Shown: positions 60,765-64,000 of the stretch, one piece after another
Numbering within the stretch: the stretch's first letter is position 1
How the letters are laid out: every line of letters begins with the position of its first letter
Assembly (NCBI GenBank): GCA_019058365.1
Contig: JAHPZE010000020.1
Location: 1-64,000, forward strand
DNA from: Promethearchaeota archaeon
GTDB lineage: Archaea > Asgardarchaeota > Lokiarchaeia > Sigyniarchaeales > SOKP01
Length of the DNA: 64,000 nucleotides
Direction of reading: 5' to 3'
Position numbers and translations under genes: made by a program
The notes under the pieces: model-generated
The model's database searches: none
Told to the model about the DNA's origin: nothing
The model's input: the letters and a program-made list of their open reading frames with translations, nothing else

Positions 60765-61547
60765 ATGAAAAAAGATTATTGTCTTACTTCAAAGGATGTG
60801 GTTCTAGCAGCTATACAATCATCTAATAAAAATATGGAAGATTTTAAAGTCGATCCTAATGTTATGATTATTTTCTCTGGAGCTTTATTAAATTATTTAA
60901 AACAGAAAGCTAATTTAGAACAATCAGATTGGTTATTACCGTTTCACCCATATGGCTCTGAAAGATTGCATCGAGGTAAATATGAACACCTTCCTTTAAC
61001 AGTAATTGTTCCACCTATGGGAGCATCAACAATGGCTTCAGTAGCAGAAGATTTAATCTTTTGTGGTGCAAAAGTAATTCTTCTTGTTTGTGGTTCATGG
61101 GGGATTGGTGAAAAAGTAGAATTATTTGATTATATTATACCTACTCATGGTTTAGGACCAGATGGAACAAGTATACATTATGGAAGAAAACTAAATGAAG
61201 AAATTGAATTAAATAAAGAGATTGTAAACATTTTTATAGAAGAAACAAAAAATAGAACTAAAAATTACCATATAGGGAAAAACTATTGTAAAGAAGCATT
61301 CTATAAGATTAATAAAACAGAAATTCTTGAAATGCAACAGAAAGGGTGTATTTCAATGGAAAATGGAGAGATTAATGTTCTCTCAACAATATGTAAACAA
61401 AATCAGATAAAATTTGGTGTAATTTTTTATAGCTATTATAATCCTCTTGAGGGGTGGAATATTTCATGGAAACAAGACCATTATAAAGATTGTGTAGAAC
61501 TTGAAGGAGATATTGCATTAGCTACAATGTTAAGAATAAATAGATGA
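60765..61547 (+). CDS. Nucleoside phosphorylase-like protein (PNP/UDP family), divergent
   Basis: PMGAS...EDL...G, DGTSIHY, SMEN (cf. VEME). Confidence 0.7.
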   Translation: MKKDYCLTSKDVVLAAIQSSNKNMEDFKVDPNVMIIFSGALLNYLKQKANLEQSDWLLPFHPYGSERLHRGKYEHLPLTVIVPPMGASTMASVAEDLIFCGAKVILLVCGSWGIGEKVELFDYIIPTHGLGPDGTSIHYGRKLNEEIELNKEIVNIFIEETKNRTKNYHIGKNYCKEAFYKINKTEILEMQQKGCISMENGEINVLSTICKQNQIKFGVIFYSYYNPLEGWNISWKQDHYKDCVELEGDIALATMLRINR

Positions 61548-61564
61548 TAATAGAGTTATTTTTT

Positions 61565-62827
61565 CTACTTAGATTGAATCCATAAGTTAGCTAAATATAT
61601 CAAAACTTCAGTAGCTTTTTGAAGAGCCAAAGTTGGGATGTATTCTTTTCTAGAATGAAATAATAAACCTCCAGCAAAAATATTTGGCGTTGGAATTCCT
61701 TTCGCACTTAACCGAGCTCCATCTGTACCTCCCCTTATAGGATGAATTTTCAATTCTAAACCCGACTTTTCGATTGCTTGTTTAGCTAAATCGATAACTT
61801 TTGGCGTTTTTTCTAGGTAAATAAACATGTTTTGATATTGATGTTTAAAATTTATTTCAATTTTTAATCCCGGATAACGAATTTCATATGCTTTCTTTAG
61901 ATTTTTTAAATAATCCATCCGTCTATGGTTATTTTCTTCTGAAAAATCTCTGATAAACATTCTTGAGTTAGCTTCTTCTGCATTACCTTGTAATTTTGTT
62001 AAATGAAAAAATCCTTCACGTTCCTCAGTATGTTCAGGTGCCTCAGATTCAGGAAGCTCACTAAAAAACCTACTCGCAATCTCTATAGCATTAATCATTT
62101 TATTCTTAGCTTCTCCCGGATGAACATTTAAACCTATAAATTTAGTTTGAGCTAACCATGCATCAAAACATTCAAATTCTAATTCACCCATTTCACCACC
62201 ATCTACTGTATAGCATACTTTAGGAAGCTTTTTCATATCAACTTTATCAATTCCTGAACCAATTTCTTCATCTGTACTAAAACAAACAAATATTGGCCCG
62301 TGCTTTAATTCATCAAACTCTTTCCAAGCAGCACATGCAGCCATTATTTCGGCAATACCTGCTTTATCGTCTGCCCCCAACAGTGTATCTCCCTCAGATG
62401 TGATTATATCGAGACCTATATATTCTTCTAAATTAGGAGAATCTTCAATGCTTAAAACTAAACCTTTATTTTGAGTGAATTTTATCTCTTTTCCATCATA
62501 CTTTCTATGAATTACAGGTTTTACATTCTTTCCACTAACTGCTGGTGAAGTATCCATATGAGCTAATAATCCAATAGGAGTTACTTTTTCAAGGCCTTTA
62601 CTTGGTGGAAGATATGCATAAACAAAACCGTATTCATCATGAATGATATTTTCAAGATTTAATTTTTTTAATTCTTCTACTAGCAACTTTCCAAGATCTA
62701 ATTGGATTTTTGTTGAGGGAACCGTTTCTACACTCTCATCTGAAACAGTCCAAACTTTCACATACCTCAAAAATCGTTCTAATGCTTCATTTAACAAAAA
62801 TTCTTGTATGTCTTTTGTAAGATCCAT
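61565..62827 (-). CDS. pepT: Peptidase T (M20B tripeptidase)
   Basis: ERFLRYV, AHMDT, LLGADDKAG, DEEIG, HPGxAK, IRGGTDG, PNIFAGG..FHS. Confidence 0.95.
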   Translation of the reverse strand: MDLTKDIQEFLLNEALERFLRYVKVWTVSDESVETVPSTKIQLDLGKLLVEELKKLNLENIIHDEYGFVYAYLPPSKGLEKVTPIGLLAHMDTSPAVSGKNVKPVIHRKYDGKEIKFTQNKGLVLSIEDSPNLEEYIGLDIITSEGDTLLGADDKAGIAEIMAACAAWKEFDELKHGPIFVCFSTDEEIGSGIDKVDMKKLPKVCYTVDGGEMGELEFECFDAWLAQTKFIGLNVHPGEAKNKMINAIEIASRFFSELPESEAPEHTEEREGFFHLTKLQGNAEEANSRMFIRDFSEENNHRRMDYLKNLKKAYEIRYPGLKIEINFKHQYQNMFIYLEKTPKVIDLAKQAIEKSGLELKIHPIRGGTDGARLSAKGIPTPNIFAGGLLFHSRKEYIPTLALQKATEVLIYLANLWIQSK

Positions 62828-62887
62828 ATCAATGAAAATTAATCTTAAATTTTAAAGGTAGATATTCTATTAAAATAATCTAAAACT

Positions 62888-63685
62888 TTATCGTCCTTTG
62901 AATTTTGGTTCTCTTTTTTTTATAAAAGATTTCATTCCTTCTCCAAAATCATAAGTTCTTATATTTTTACAATATAATCGAAATTCATTTTGTAAAGATG
63001 GAAACAGTTCATTAAATTGAGAAAAATTCAACATAGCTTTATTATATCCAAGGCATTTTGTAGGCATCTGTGCGATTTTTCGAACAAATTCTAATGATTT
63101 TTCTTTAAATTCGTCTAACGGGTAAACTTTAGTAATTAAACCAATATCCAAAGCTTCTTTTGCTTCAAGATGACGCCCAGTCAAAATTATCTCTGTTGCT
63201 CTTCCAAAACCAACAATTCTGGGCAGAAACCAACTTGCTCCGCTTAAAATACAATGGGCTCTTCTTGTACGATGATCACCAATTTTCAAATTATCTGCTG
63301 CTAATCTAAAATCACATGCAAGAGCTATGTCAAATCCTGCTCCTAAACAATATCCTTTCAATAAAACTATCACAGGTTTTTGAATACCTCGTATCAAATT
63401 GACAACTTTATGATGGGGCATTTTAGAACCATCTTCTAACGGTGTGAATTTAACCCCTTCTGGACTCATACTTTTCATATCATCACCAGAACAGAAATTC
63501 TTACCAGCTCCTTCAATAATAACAGCACGAACCAACTTATCTTTCATGATAGACTCGAATACTTCTACTATTTCCATTAATAATGGGTACTGTAAAGCAT
63601 TCAACTTATATGGACGATTTATAGTAATTTTACTAATACTATTTTTAAATTCATATATTATATATTCAAAGTTAGTACTTAAAAT
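62888..63685 (-). CDS. Enoyl-CoA hydratase/isomerase (N-terminus extends upstream of the track start, probably ATT/CTG start)
   Basis: Upstream frame FEYIIYEFKNSISKITINRPYKLNAL matches the other crotonase N-termini; FCSGDD, GYCLGAG, KREPKFKGR. Confidence 0.88.
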   Translation of the reverse strand: MLSTNFEYIIYEFKNSISKITINRPYKLNALQYPLLMEIVEVFESIMKDKLVRAVIIEGAGKNFCSGDDMKSMSPEGVKFTPLEDGSKMPHHKVVNLIRGIQKPVIVLLKGYCLGAGFDIALACDFRLAADNLKIGDHRTRRAHCILSGASWFLPRIVGFGRATEIILTGRHLEAKEALDIGLITKVYPLDEFKEKSLEFVRKIAQMPTKCLGYNKAMLNFSQFNELFPSLQNEFRLYCKNIRTYDFGEGMKSFIKKREPKFKGR

Positions 63686-63801
63686 CAGAATCCTCTCTAA
63701 TTTAAATAATTAAGATAAATAAAATATAGATCTTTAGAAAAATAATATTTACTTATAGATTAATCAATACTATTTTTTAAAATATTGAATAAGTATTTTT
63801 A

Positions 63802-63900
63802 ATGAATTTATCTGAGGAGGAGACATCAACAACAACCAAACCGATTTATGAAAGACGCTACGATATAGATTTGTTGAGAATAGTTATATTAACTAAATAG
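63802..63900 (+). pseudogene. Truncated N-terminus of an acyltransferase-3 (OpgC/MdoC-like) gene
   Basis: MNLSEEETSTTTKPIYERRYDIDLLRIVILTK*; RxxxxDxLR is the AT3 N-terminal motif. Confidence 0.6.
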
Positions 63901-64000
63901 AAGAAAAAATATAATTTAATTACCAAATTTCAAATTTCTCATCTAATCTAGTTACAAACACTATAAAATAAGGAATGACTAGATCTAAAACGCCTGAATA

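Noticed and set aside
2734-63713. Numerous short ORF-track entries antisense to or nested in long genes (e.g. 2734..3036, 3831..4193, 23801..24214, 28540..28884, 45595..46065, 59470..59817, 63444..63713)
   Set aside because: Shadow frames of well-supported genes with no recognisable motifs.
1-64000. CRISPR array, tRNA/rRNA, IS elements, integrase/prophage or defence island
   Set aside because: No regularly spaced repeats, GC-rich structural RNA blocks, or transposase/integrase motifs were seen by eye.

Overview
AT-rich archaeal chromosomal window, very probably from an Asgard archaeon of the Lokiarchaeia. This is inferred from TFB, an archaeosortase, several geranylgeranyl-reductase/FixC flavoproteins, SCP2 proteins, a tungsten-type AOR, an SDS22-like LRR gene and bacterial-type DnaK/ClpB/class II Fba. 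I saw no rRNA, tRNA, CRISPR array or transposase. Contents from left to right: (1) a decayed tandem duplication of a [K+ channel / membrane alpha-beta hydrolase] unit. The first copy is split around a heterodimeric ABC exporter, an AbrB regulator and a DegT pseudogene. The intact channel has two 6-TM voltage-gated K+ channel modules fused in one chain. (2) Membrane proteins, an MFS transporter, a Nudix hydrolase and an Fe-S protein. (3) An acyl-CoA catabolic operon (small wHTH, ACAD, two crotonases, SCP2, ADP-forming acyl-CoA synthetase). (4) AOR, pyk, nitroreductases and a TspO-like protein. (5) A GGR - GT87-like glycosyltransferase - PGF-tailed membrane protein - archaeosortase cluster, my best candidate for an undescribed system (a possible glycolipid-anchoring pathway). 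(6) grpE-dnaK-dnaJ-clpB-tfb preceded by a non-CIRCE inverted repeat. (7) fba and a divergent FixC/FixX versus FAD/Fe-S/FAD/SCP2/CrtC-like cluster. (8) A coiled-coil-wHTH protein, a PadR/MFS pair with a clear operator, a nucleoside phosphorylase, pepT and a crotonase. I also found several small ORFs and pseudogenes missing from the ORF track, and three genes that appear to start at ATT. All family calls come from motif recognition by eye; no searches were run.
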